64,000 bases of DNA from Octopus vulgaris. Its lineage: Eukaryota. The notes below the pieces were generated by a model. It searched no databases. It saw nothing but the letters and a program-made list of their open reading frames with translations, and was not told the DNA's origin. Below, in pieces: positions 52,620 through 64,000 of this stretch. Position numbers and translations under genes: made by a program. Where the stretch lies: the NCBI GenBank assembly GCA_951406725.2, contig OX597814.1:154256001-154320000 (forward strand), written 5' to 3'. Numbering within the stretch: position 1 is the stretch's first letter; every line of letters begins with the position of its first letter.

Positions 52620-53068
52620 TTGACTTGCGAGTCATTTCACACACTACACATGTCAAATCAACTGGTTTTAGGAGGAAAGATGTTGCATGTAGTTGATCCT
52701 CCATGGGACTTTAGATGGTTGACATACACAACTTTGGAAAGAAGTACACAATCATGTTTCACTCCTCCACCACTTTACATTCTAACAGGTTCTGACAAAA
52801 GCTTCTATGAAATCAGTGCTTTAGGCTTTTGTGCTCAAGTGTTACAACCTTCCCTTATACACTTCATCCATTCAGCTCTTTCCAAAGCTAGTTCTTCTCA
52901 AGTCTTTATTTTGATCTGCAGTTCCTTCAGATTGCCAATTGTGCAATTTTAATACCTTTTCTTGGTTTGTGCCAAGGATGCTTTCTGGTGCACTGCACAC
53001 CATAGAACTGCTGCTTTGAGATCCTATTATCTTTCATACACACAACATGACCTGCCCAACACATCTGT
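52620..53068 (-). mobile_element. RTE (BovB-like) LINE C-terminal remnant
   Basis: QMCWAGHVVCMKDNRISKQQFYG...HKPRK, then LALERAEW and VLLSKVVYVNHLKSH. Confidence 0.7.
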
Positions 53069-53494
53069 ATATATGTATATGTGTGTGTGTGTGTGTGTGT
53101 TGTGTGTGTGCGCATGTGCGTGCGCATGTGCGTGTGTGTGTGTATGCATGCATGTGCGTGTATATATATATATTCATACTTATGCATGCACACGCACACA
53201 CACTCACACACACACGTCTGTTCTGATTAATGTTATTTGTTATTATAATTTGCCTGAAAACCCTGTGCATCCACTGGTGAAGCTCAGAGTAGCAAGCGCC
53301 TGACATGACCAAAAATTATATATATACATACATACATACATACATACATACATACATACATACATACATACATACAGGGAGAGAGAGGGGTAGAGGGAGA
53401 GATATCAGTGTGTATATAAGATAAGAAAGAAATAAAAATATAGAAGTCAGACTGGAATATAAATAAAACAGCACAACCATTGAACCAACAAACA

Positions 53495-54044
53495 ATTTTG
53501 TTGTTGCTGTTTAGCTCCTAGCCAACCCTGACTGAGCAGACAATGATTAAAGACATTCTACCCATGACCATGTCACCTTTTGCTTTCAGACATAGTAAAT
53601 TTGTTGTTCCCTTTTCTTAAGACAGCCACATATAATCTGAGGGCCATTTGTCTGCCATTCGGGGAGATAGAAGTTTCTTTGTTGGCTCATAGTCGATTCT
53701 GTTGTTGTTTAGTTACAGGTCAGCCCTGATCAAGCAGATCTATCTCTGATCAAGATCTTTCCAGCTGTGATCACTCTGTTATGTTTCTAGACATAGTATA
53801 TTTTGGATTATATTATACAACACATCCTTCTATATTAGTAAATAGGATGTAATCTGAGAGAGATGTAGTTGCTATTCCTAGAAGTCCGAGCAATCACATT
53901 GAAGCTCCCTTGCTGGCATGTAAATGATTCTGTTGTTAGTGATGCTTTTGCATTCTAGGGCAGCTCTTATTGAGCCAATCTATGGTCAGAGCTGATCAAG
54001 CCATGGCCACTCTACCTTGATATAAAGCATTAGCACCACATTAT
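53495..54044. repeat. Three tandem copies of a ~200-bp dispersed repeat
   Basis: gttgtt...ttag..ccaggtcagccctgatcaagcagatcta units. Solo copies at 6290-6490, 13780-13960 (-), 25490-25640 and 62545-62760. Confidence 0.65.
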
Positions 54045-54048
54045 TTAA

Positions 54049-54268
54049 CCCTTTTGTTACCAATCTGGCTGAAACCAGCTCTGGCTCTGAGTACAAATGT
54101 CTTGTTTCCATAAGTTTTGAATTAAAATCTTGCACCAAAACTTAGTCACAATTTATGTTTCTAACATTAGCTTAACAAAAACTAAGTTAGTTTACTAAAT
54201 TCTTTGTTATATTTAAAGTAATTAAAAGAAATACAGAGCATCTCAAAATAAATGCAGTAATGAAAGGG
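54049..54268. mobile_element. piggyBac-type MITE
   Basis: TTAA|CCCTTTTGTTAC...GTAATGAAAGGG|TTAA; reverse orientation of 3727-3934. Confidence 0.8.
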
Positions 54269-54284
54269 TTAAAAAGTCTTATCA

Positions 54285-55190
54285 TTTTTAAGATGGTAAA
54301 AGATTTGAGGAAGTTGTGACTGTTATTTCTAGCATTCTGAATGACCACATCGAGGTATGTTTGGTGGTTGTTAAGACAAGCAGGTAGAGAAAAAACCCAA
54401 ATTAATAAATAGTACCACATTATCCAAAGGGATCTTTCTATAAAGATAATAAGATGTAATTTGAGGAAGTTGTGACTGTTCTTTCTAGCATTCTGAATGA
54501 CCTCATAGAGCTAGGGTCACTGGTTATTAAGACAAACAGGTGGAAGAAGGGATCCAAACGAATAAATAATACTACATCATCCAAAGCATCTTTCCCCTTT
54601 TAAGATGTTAAGATGAAATTTGAGGGAGTTGTGACTGTTATTTCTAGCATCCTGAAGGACCACATAGAGGTAAGTCCATCATTATTAAGATGAGCAGGTG
54701 GAAGAAGAGACCCAAATAAATAAGTAGTACCACATTATCCAAAGTGTCTTCGCCTTTTTAAGATGATAAGATATAATTTGAAGGAGTTGTGACTATTATT
54801 TCTAGCATTCTCAACGACCACATAGAAGTAGGCTTGCTGGTTGTAAAAGCAAACAGGTGGAGGGAGAGACCCAAATAAATAAATAATACCCAAAAGGTCC
54901 TCCCATTTTTAAGATGGTAAAATGTAATTTGAGGAAGTCATGTCTATTATTTCTAGCATTCTGAACGACCATGTAGGGGTAGGCTTGCTGGTTGTTAAGA
55001 CCAGCAGGTGGAAGAAGCGACCCAAATAAATAAATAATACCCAAAAGGTCCTTCCATATTTATGATGGTTAAAATGTAATTTGAGGAAGTTGTGTCTGTT
55101 ATTTCTAGCATTCTGAACGACCATGTAGAGGTAGGCTTGCTGGTTGCTAAGGCTAGCAGGTGGAAGAAAAGACTCAAATGAATAAATTCA
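54285..55190. repeat. ~155-bp satellite, about 6 copies
   Basis: tttgaggaagttgtgactgttatttctagcattctgaa.gacca recurs near 54304, 54460, 54618, 54777, 54928 and 55080. Confidence 0.9.
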
Positions 55191-55494
55191 TATGAATGAC
55201 TGACTAAATGAATGTGTGAGGAGTTTTGTGCATGTCCAGACTATAGATAGGAGTGCTGCCATCCCTGCCCATCCCTGCCCATCCCTCCATCTCCCTCCCA
55301 GCAATCATTCTCACCCACCCCATATATATCCTCTGTATCCTCCCTACGCAGCACTACTCACTATCTCACTATCGTGGTGTAAATACTCTGGGCGAACCTC
55401 ACAAGGAACACTCGACTCCCTCCTCGTCCTAATCTCATTTCGACCTCACCCTAAACAGCTTCCTTCTTTTCTTTCAGAATTGGGGACAGGGAAT

Positions 55495-56730
55495 CGGTAG
55501 TGACAATGGTAGGGGTTGTTGTGGTGATGATGGTATGATGGTAGAAGTGAGGATGAAGATGGTATAAGAATGATGAGGAGATGGAAGTGATGACTGTGGT
55601 ACTAGAGATGTTTGTAGTGGTGGTGGTGGTGGTGGTGGCAGCAGTGATGGTGGAAACGGTGATAATGACAGTGGTGGTGATGGTGATGGTGACAGTGTTG
55701 GTAGTGGTGGTGGTGGTGGTAGTGATGATAATGGTGGTGAAGTGTGATAGTTGTGAGTGTGGTGGTGATAGTGGTGGTGGAGATAGTAACAGTGGAGGTG
55801 GTGATGATAGCGGTGGTGGTGGAGGTGGTGGTAGTTGTACTGATGGCATGGTGGTGGTTGTAGTGGTGGTGTAGTGGTGATGATGGTGGTGGTAGTGGTG
55901 GTGGTGGTGGTGATGGCAGTGGTTGTTGTACTGATGGCATGGTGGTGATAGTGGTGGTGATAGTGGTGGTGGTGATAGTGATGGTGGTGGTGATAGTGAT
56001 GGTGGTGGTGGTGATGGTGGTGGTCGTTGTACTGACGGCATGGTGGTGATAGTGGTGGTGACAGTGGTGGTGACAGTGGTGGTGGTAGTGATGGTTGTAG
56101 TGGTGGTGGTGATGATGGAAGTGGAGTGTGATAATGGTGATGGTTGTAGTAATAGTGGTGGTGGTGGTAGTGGCAGTGGTAATGGAGTGTGATAGTGGTG
56201 AGTGGTGGTGGTGGTGGTGGTGGTGATGGTTGTAGTGGTGGTGGTGGTAGTTGTACTGATGGCAAGGTGGTTGTAGTGGCAGTGATGATGGTGGTGATGG
56301 TGGTGGGGTGATAGTGGTGGTAGTGATAGTGTTGGTGGTAGTTGTGGTGGTGATAGTGGTACCAGTAGCTGTTGTAGTAGTAACTGTAATTATAGTGTAC
56401 AATGAGAGTAGTGGTAATTGTAGTGACATTGGTATGGCAATAGTGGTAGTAGGTGCTATAATGAAAGTATTGGCTGTGGCTTTAGTAGTAGTAGTAGTAG
56501 TGGTGGTGGTGGTGGGTGGTGGTGGTAGTAGTGGTGTTGGTGGTGGTAGCTGTAGTAGTAGTAGTAGTAATAGTAGTAGTAGTGTTAGTAGTAGTAGTGG
56601 TGGTAGTAGTAGTAATAGTAGTAGTAGTGTTAGTAGTAGTAGATGTAGTAACATTTGTGGTGATGATGATGGTGGTGGTGGTGATCGTGGTCATATGGTG
56701 GTCGTGGTAGTTTTAAAGATGGTAGCATAG
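55495..56730. repeat. (GGT/GAT/AGT)n low-complexity tract
   Basis: Degenerate trinucleotide array; the long poly-P/T/H ORFs are by-products. Confidence 0.9.
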
Positions 56731-57069
56731 TAGCAGTAGAGGCAGTGTTAGTGTAAGTAACTGGAACCTTTCTCTTCACAAATATTGACAGTTCTTGCGA
56801 GTGAGAATGTGACATGTTGCTGAGTGCCAATTGCATCAACGCATTGTTCCTGTGTTGTATCAGTGTACATATGTCTGGTCCGAAAGGGTCAGTTACAGCC
56901 AATCTGACTCTGGTGTAGCAGGCAGCTGGAGACCATATAGCCTTTGGAAGTCTATTTAAGAATTTCTTGTTAAAATTTATCTGCAACAAATTGGTTATAC
57001 TTCTGCTATATACTAAATATCCTAATTTTTTAACACAATTTTTTATAATATTTAATTACAAAAATATAA

Positions 57070-57530
57070 TCGAAATCAAATTCGATGACTGGCATCCCTA
57101 CTAGTGGAGCGCCAAGAGCACCATCTGATTGTGATCGTTGCCAGTGCAGTTCACTGGCTTCTATGCCGGTGGCATGTAAAAAGTAGCATTCGAGCATGAT
57201 CATTACCAGCGTCGCCTTTCTAGCACTTGTGCCTGTGGCACGTAAAAAAAACATTCAAGTGAGGTTGTTGCCAGTGCGGCTGGACTGGCTCCTGTGCAGG
57301 TGGCATGTAAAAAACACCATTTGAGCATGGCCGTTGCCAGTACCGCCTGACTGACCCTCATGCCGGTGGCACATAAAAGCACCCACTACACTCTCAGAGT
57401 GGTTGGTGTTAGGAAGGGCATCCAGCTATAGAAACTGCCAGATCAGACTGGAGCCTGGTGCAGCCATTTGGTTCAGCAGTCCTCAGTCAAATCGTCCAAC
57501 CCATGCTAGCATGGAAAGTGGACGTTAAAC

Positions 57531-57568
<38 letters not shown>
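57070..57568 (+). mobile_element. Long RTE-3'UTR element inserted in a hAT MITE
   Basis: Tandem gtaaaaa.cacc units plus the family tail and (GAT)n. Confidence 0.8.
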
Positions 57569-57569
<1 letters not shown>

Positions 57570-57655
57570 ATGATTTGATCCAAGTAAAATAGGAATCAAA
57601 TGGTTCCAGAGATAAAAAAATGGTTGAGAAACACTATTGTAGATAATGTCAGCCT

Positions 57656-58018
57656 TGACCGAAAGATGCTGGTCCGCACCTGGTCAAAATGAAACCAAAG
57701 GAGACTGGTGGAAGTCTGAAGCCCATCTGAAGTCAATCAGCAGAACTGGGTGTAGGAGTAAAACACCAATTAAGTTGTTTACTAGCTGATTCCCTCTGAA
57801 ATTTCCCATAGGATAGCTGGTGCCAAGAGGAGTCTGACATGTAGTTTCATTTAGTAAAACAGACAACTACAGGCCTTAGGGACATTGACCACCTCAATTT
57901 ATTCTCATATCTAAAACAGGTGAAAGTGACTGCTCCTTTCCCAATTGAAGGTGACTGTTTTGCTGTGTAGGTGATGAATGCATTGTGCCAAGTGGATCAC
58001 TTTTGCTAAACAGAACTA
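57656..58018 (+). pseudogene. Decayed 28S (LSU) rRNA fragment
   Basis: Collinear with the recalled LSU core: gaccgaaagatg; aactgggtgtaggagtaaaacaccaat; ctagctgattccctctgaaatttcccataggatagctgg; ctcaatttattctca; gtgccaagtggatcacttttgctaaacagaact. Confidence 0.85.
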
Positions 58019-58439
58019 AAAGATTTTACTGCTCAATACACTATCATTCAGTCAAAAATAATTGAGATGCTGACATTGGTAAATTGTCATTAACAAGAAT
58101 GAATTACAAGTCATTTTAGTGCAAATAAAAAATTATTCTAAGATAAAAGAATTGTAAGCGTATGCAATGAAAGAGCAATAAGTATGTGCATCTGACCAGG
58201 ATGTGAGTTGTAATAATCTATTCAGTGAGGAAGGGAGTTTATTCATGATATTGCTTGTGTCTCTTATCTGCAGTTTAGTTATTTTCAAACAGCATGTTAC
58301 ATTGTATTTGGTGGATAAAGGTTTTGCCACTTTGTGATAGTATCTGTTGCTAATCTCACTGTAAAATGAGTTGACTAAAGAGCAGGCCATAATGTGTTTA
58401 CATAGAGGAGTAAACGTTAGTTGATAAGTTTAATTCTTA

Positions 58440-59140
58440 AGCTGAGTCCTTAGAGTCTAATCCATTGAATTTTGTCTATTGAGTGAAGTCCATTCAGTGT
58501 AATCCATTTACTTTAGTCCATTAGGTTTAGTTCATTGACTCTGGTCCTTTGAATGTAGTCCATTGAATCAACTCCACTTAGCCTAGTCATTTGACTCTAG
58601 CCCATTGAATTTAGTCCTTTAAGTGTAATCTATTGAATCTAGGGCATTGAATCTACTACATTGAGTTTAATCCTTTGTGCCTAGTCCAATGAGTCTAGCT
58701 AATCTTGTCTTTGAGTCCAGTCCATTGAGTTTAGTCCCTTCACATTAGTTTGGCCCATTCACTTTAGCGCCTTGAATTTAAGTGCCTTTAGTCTAATCCA
58801 ATGAGTTTAGTCAATTGATACTACTTCTTTAAATCTTGTACCTTGAATCTAGTCCTTTTAGTGTAGTCACTATTGTGTAGTCCATTGATTTGAGTCCATT
58901 AAGTCCAGTCCACTAAGTTTAGTCTGTTGAGTCTATCCAATGAATATGATACCTGAAATCTAGTTCAATGAATCTTATTCATTGTATCTAATCCAATGAG
59001 TCTTATCAACTGAATGTAGTCTATTTATTCTATTCCACTGGATGTTGTCTATTGATATTATTTCATTGACTCTGTTCCAATAAGTTTTGTCTCTTGATTA
59101 TAGACCAACAAATCTAATCCATTGAATCTGTTCTATTGAA
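58440..59140. repeat. Degenerate ~15-bp minisatellite
   Basis: Repeated (T)AGTCCATTGA(G/A)T(T/C)T units. Confidence 0.85.
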
Positions 59141-59301
59141 GTTAATACTGATAGAATACCAATAAGCATTTTATTGATCCTGAAGAGTTGATAGTAACAT
59201 GATGCTGGATACCACAAGTCCCTGGGTTTGGTGTAGCAGTATTTCTTCCAATGTAATTCCCTCAAAGACAAGCATACTTATTGCTCTGTTTTCAAGTAGT
59301 T

Positions 59302-59594
59302 CAGTTGTTCTCAACTGGGGCCCATATGACTCTTGGTGGGTCTATATGACCCTGGGGGGTTTATATGGCCCTTGGAAGTCTATATGGCCCTTGGAGGTCC
59401 ATTTAAGATTTTATTGTTAAGATTTATCTGCAATAAATTGGTTATACATCTACAATACACAGAATATATATATTTTTTTTTTATACAATTCTTAATAATA
59501 TTTAATTATAAAAATACAATATGATATTTTAAACACTGAATGGTCAGAAGGGTCCATCCAAGTAGAATAGGTAAAAAATGGTTGAGAAACACTG
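59302..59594. mobile_element. hAT (Charlie-like) MITE
   Basis: TIRs CAGTTGTTCTCAAC / GTTGAGAAACACTG; 8-bp flanks aagtagtt / atgtagat. Related interrupted copy at ~56925-57636. Confidence 0.75.
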
Positions 59595-59749
59595 ATGTAG
59601 ATCATGTCAGCCCTCACAAAACTGATCCAGGGAATGAAGAAGGTATTTGGCCGAATGACCAAAGGAATTGATCGATCGATGTTCCAACTGGTTTGACATG
59701 TGCTTAATTTGGATGTGGTGTAGTAGATTCTATTCTTTTATTAATTTTT

Positions 59750-60183
59750 CTTTTACTTGTTCCAGTCATTTGGCTGTAGCCATGCTGGAGCACTACCTTA
59801 AAAGGTTCTAGTTGAAGAAATCGACCCCAGGACTTATTATTTGTAAGTTTAGTACTTATTCTATAGGTCTCTTTTGCCGAACTGCTAAGTTATGGGTACA
59901 TAAACATGCCAACATTGGTTGTCAAGTGATGGCAGGGGTGAGGGGAACAAGCACACACACACACACACATAAATATATACAACCATACAAACACACACAC
60001 ACACACATACACACACACAGATAGATATGATGAGTTCTTTCAGTTTCTGTCTACCAGGTCCACTCACAAGGCTCTGGTTGACCCAAAATTATAGTAAAAG
60101 ATACTTGCACAAGGTGCCATGCAGTGGGACTGAACTCGGAACCATGTGGTTGGGAAGCAAGCTTCTTACCACACAGCCACACC
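59750..60183 (-). mobile_element. Octopus tRNA-derived SINE
   Basis: Reverse, diverged copy of the 6660-7044 family. Confidence 0.8.
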
Positions 60184-61353
60184 TATCTGCAGCTCATGTA
60201 TTCAGCTATGGATTTCTCTGATGGACCATTATCAACTCACTCCCATTCTAGTCATGACTGTTCTATCTTCTTTTCTGGGATATTATATTCAAAACTATTC
60301 TATCTTCTGTTGTGTCTGGGGAGAGTCATTTTCTTTTTGTGCCTTATAATGTAAAAAACTCACCAGTTAAATTTCCACTTATTTCCTATTTTTATTTTCC
60401 TAAAATTTTTGTTTTGTCTTGCAACCTTTCCAATAGTCAAAACTCTGTCTGTTATTTACACTACGTTCTGTTTTGTTTGTTTGTGCACATGTGTGTGGGT
60501 CAGTGTGTGTGTGGTGTGCCTATACATGCATGCATGTATGTATGTATGTATGTGTGTGTTTGCATGTGTATGTATGTATATATGTGTGTGTATGCATATG
60601 TATATATGTATGTATGTGTGTGCATCTGTATGTACGTATCCTGCATATTTATGTGCTTGCATGTCCGTGTTTGTGTATTTTCAATGTATGTGTGTGTGAG
60701 CATGTGTTTGTATATATATGCACCTCTGTCTCCTTGTGTGTGCATGTCTGCGTGTGTGTATGTGTTATGCAACTACGTACCATGTTTGTATGCATGGATG
60801 TGCATCTTTATATGTGTGGATCTGTGTCTCCATATGTGTCTGTTCTTGTAACCTATGTACCTATCCGTCTGTATGTTGATCTGCTTATTTTCATATCTAT
60901 ATGCTTACATACATATTCTATCTTCTTTTCTGGAATATTATATTCGAAACTATTCTATCTTCTTTTCTGGGATATTATATTCAAAACAGCTACATTCAAC
61001 CATTTTAAAGACAGTTATAGGAAGTTTCAGGGAGATTCAGCTGATATTTCTTGTTGGCTGGGTAACGGCATTGTGGCTTGTTCATTGATTCAAGAAACAT
61101 AAATATCAATGAATTTAATACTTGTTCACAATGCACATGCCATATTGAATAAGTGACCTGCTAAATGTCTGCAATGGGTTACTATTAGGTTAGATCATGT
61201 AAACCCCTGTACCTTATTCATTCCAACGGTTTTTCTCTATTCATCAGGAGTTGTCAAGCATGAACTACAGGTATGTGTTGTGTTGATTAATTTTGTATTG
61301 ATCGATTGATTAAGTATGTGTGAAGTATGTGTGCAGTAGATCAGTTGATATAT

Positions 61354-61391
<38 letters not shown>

Positions 61392-61394
61392 CTA

Positions 61395-61455
<61 letters not shown>

Positions 61456-61637
61456 ATGTATATGTATATATATATATTTATATATATTTATATGTATGTA
61501 TATGTGTGTGTGTATATATATATACATAGATATATACATACATACATATACACACATACATACACATATATAAATGTATGTATGTGCATGTGTATATATC
61601 TATATATATATATCTACACATACATACATATACATAC

Positions 61638-61718
<81 letters not shown>

Positions 61719-62141
61719 CATATATATAAATGTATATATACATACATATGCATATACATACATATAGACATACATATATATTATATGAGTATGTGTGTGT
61801 ATGCATAAATATGCATACACATACACACACACATACACACATATGTATATAACTAACAGTGAAAGAAAGAGACAGTAATGAGAAAGACAGACAGATACAC
61901 TCAGATTCACCCCCACCATTCACCCTCACATGCACATACTTTATCTTATTGTTTATGTTTATAGTCTGTCTTTTGTATTTGTTTTTCTTTTCTTTTTATT
62001 TTATGAAAATTGTTTATTGAGTTTCTTTTTTTTCTTTCTTTTTCTTTCTGTCTAACTTTCTCATACCTTCTCTTTTTCACTGTTTCTTTCTTTCTTTCAT
62101 TCATTCATTCTTTCTTTCTTTCCTTTCTTTCTTTCTTTCTT

Positions 62142-62189
<48 letters not shown>

Positions 62190-62843
62190 TCCACTTTTTG
62201 TTTTCAGTTCTCTACAACTTAATTAATATATCTGTACTTCTAAAACTTTGATAAATATTGCAGTTCATTCATAAAACTATTTTAGATGTAAAATTAAAAA
62301 CAAACAAACAAACAAACAAACAAACCCCGCTAGTCTTTAGTTATTAATTCAGAACCTACTCCCCTCCCTTCTGATTTCCCTCCATCTCTTCTCTCTTTCC
62401 CAGTCTTCTCTTTTTCTCACTCCTCTCTTTCTCTTACTCTCTCTTTCTCCTCTCTCCCCTCTTTCTCCGCATCATTACTTTAAAAGTTTTTTTTCTTTTG
62501 TAGAGATTGGTTGGCTAGATCTGAAATACAGTAACTCCAAAAATTGTTGTTGTTGTTGTTGTTTGGCCTCAGATCTGACTTGATCGATCAAGCAGATCTA
62601 CGATCAAAGATATTCCAACCATAACCATTCCATCTAGGCCATTGAGTCTAGTCTGTAGTGAATACAATGCCTCATAATCCAACATATCCTTCTTTTTTAA
62701 GACAATAGGATATGACTTTTAGGGTCATTTTATGTCTATTTCTGGAATAGTACATAGCCAAACGGTTAGGCAACTGAACTCCCTAGTATATGATTTTGTG
62801 TTCAGTTCCTGGTCCAGTAGGAGCATTGTGTCTTCCCTTTCTT

Positions 62844-63260
62844 TATTTCTTTACTACCCACAAGGGGCTAAACACAGAGAGGACAAACAAGGACAGACAA
62901 ATGGATTAAGTTGATTATATTGACCCCAGTGCATTACTGGTACTTATTTAATCAACCCCGAAAAGATGAAAGGCAAAGTCGACCTCGGCGGAATTTGAAC
63001 TCAGACCGTAGCGGTAGACGAAATACCTATTTCTTTACTACCCACAAGGGGATAAACACAGAGAGGACCAACAAGGACAGACAAATGGATTAAGTCGATT
63101 AAATCGACCCCAGTGCATAACTGGTACTTATTTAATCGACCCCGAAAGGATGAAAGGCAAAGTCGACCTCGGCGGAATTTGAACTCAGAACATAGTGGCA
63201 GATGAAATACCGCTAAGCATTTCGCCCAGCGTGTTAACGATTCTGCCAGCTCGCCGCCTT
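62844..63260 (-). mobile_element. Meta-domain SINE with tandem duplication of its 3' ~185 bp
   Basis: Head aaggcggcgagctggcag at 63260; tttctttactacccacaagggg...gaaaggcaaagtcgacctcggcggaatttgaactcag occurs twice. Confidence 0.85.
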
Positions 63261-63394
63261 CATTGTGTCTTCACTTAACTCCACATTAATCTAGCCTGCT
63301 CATCTGGCAAAAACGAACATTAAAGACTAGAAAAATACCCAATAGAGTACTCAATAAGTATGGTAGCATTAATGTACCAGTGCTACTACCAAGC

Positions 63395-63669
63395 CTTGAA
63401 GAATATTTAGTTGAATAAATCGATCCCAGTACTTTTTTTTTAAGGCTGGTGCTTATTCCATTGGTCTCTTTTGCTGAACCTCTAATTTATGGAGATGTAA
63501 ACATACCAACATTGGTTGTCAAGCGATGTGGGGGACAAACACAAATACAAAGGCACCCACACACACACACACAGACACACACACAGACGCACAGACAGAC
63601 AGGCAGACAGACAGACAGACAGACACACACACACACACAGACAGACACACAGACTGACAGACAGACAGA

Positions 63670-63709
<40 letters not shown>

Positions 63710-63872
63710 TACGATGTACTTCTTTCAGTCTCCATCTATCAAATACACTCACAAGGCTTTGGGTAACGTGAGGCTATAATGGAAGACACTAGCCCAAGGT
63801 GTCACACAGTAGGACTGAACCTGGAACCGTGTGGTTGGGAAGCAAGCTTCTTACCATATGACCACACCTGTG
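63395..63872 (-). mobile_element. Octopus tRNA-derived SINE
   Basis: Reverse copy with expanded (CA)/(CAGA) tract. Confidence 0.8.
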
Positions 63873-64000
63873 CTTATATGTGATATGAGTTCAAACACTC
63901 TTTAATCCAATGAAAAGTTTGCTGAGGAGGAGTGACATAACTTGACACAAATGTTGCTACAGGCATTGCAGTCAGAATGCAGAGAGCCACAACAGAAACT

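Noticed and set aside
54285-55190. Regularly spaced repeats as a CRISPR-like array
   Set aside because: The whole ~155-bp unit is repeated; there are no unique spacers.
55451-56730. Long poly-His/Thr/Pro ORFs (up to 350 aa)
   Set aside because: Trinucleotide low-complexity sequence, open in several frames at once.

Overview
Repeat-saturated, AT-rich eukaryotic DNA. The SINE families, RTE tails ending in (GAT)n and abundant (TA)n/(CA)n/(TATC)n microsatellites point to an octopod cephalopod (Octopus-like; inferred). Almost all ORFs in the supplied track are microsatellite artefacts or transposon remnants. One host gene is recognisable: the first two coding exons of a Dok-7 orthologue on the minus strand (17361-17305 MADMNLIADGRVKYRDGKK; 17152-17107 WKLRWCAVRMPSPVA). 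Both are too short for the ORF track, have canonical splice sites, and sit in a TE-free, CpG-retaining region with tandem CCAAT boxes. Mobile DNA includes RTE, Dong/R4 and CR1 LINE remnants, mariner and maT (DD37D) fossils, piggyBac/hAT/Tc1 MITEs, Helitron/HINE elements and several SINE families. There is also a decayed 28S rRNA fragment and a tRNA-Glu pseudogene. The most striking unannotated signal is 7-10 minimal type-I hammerhead-ribozyme motifs (CUGANGA...GAAA-palindrome-UH) from several unrelated non-coding repeat families. These are arranged as tandem or inverted copies inside (TA)n tracts, consistent with Penelope-terminal-repeat or retrozyme-like elements. All calls are by eye; no searches were run.
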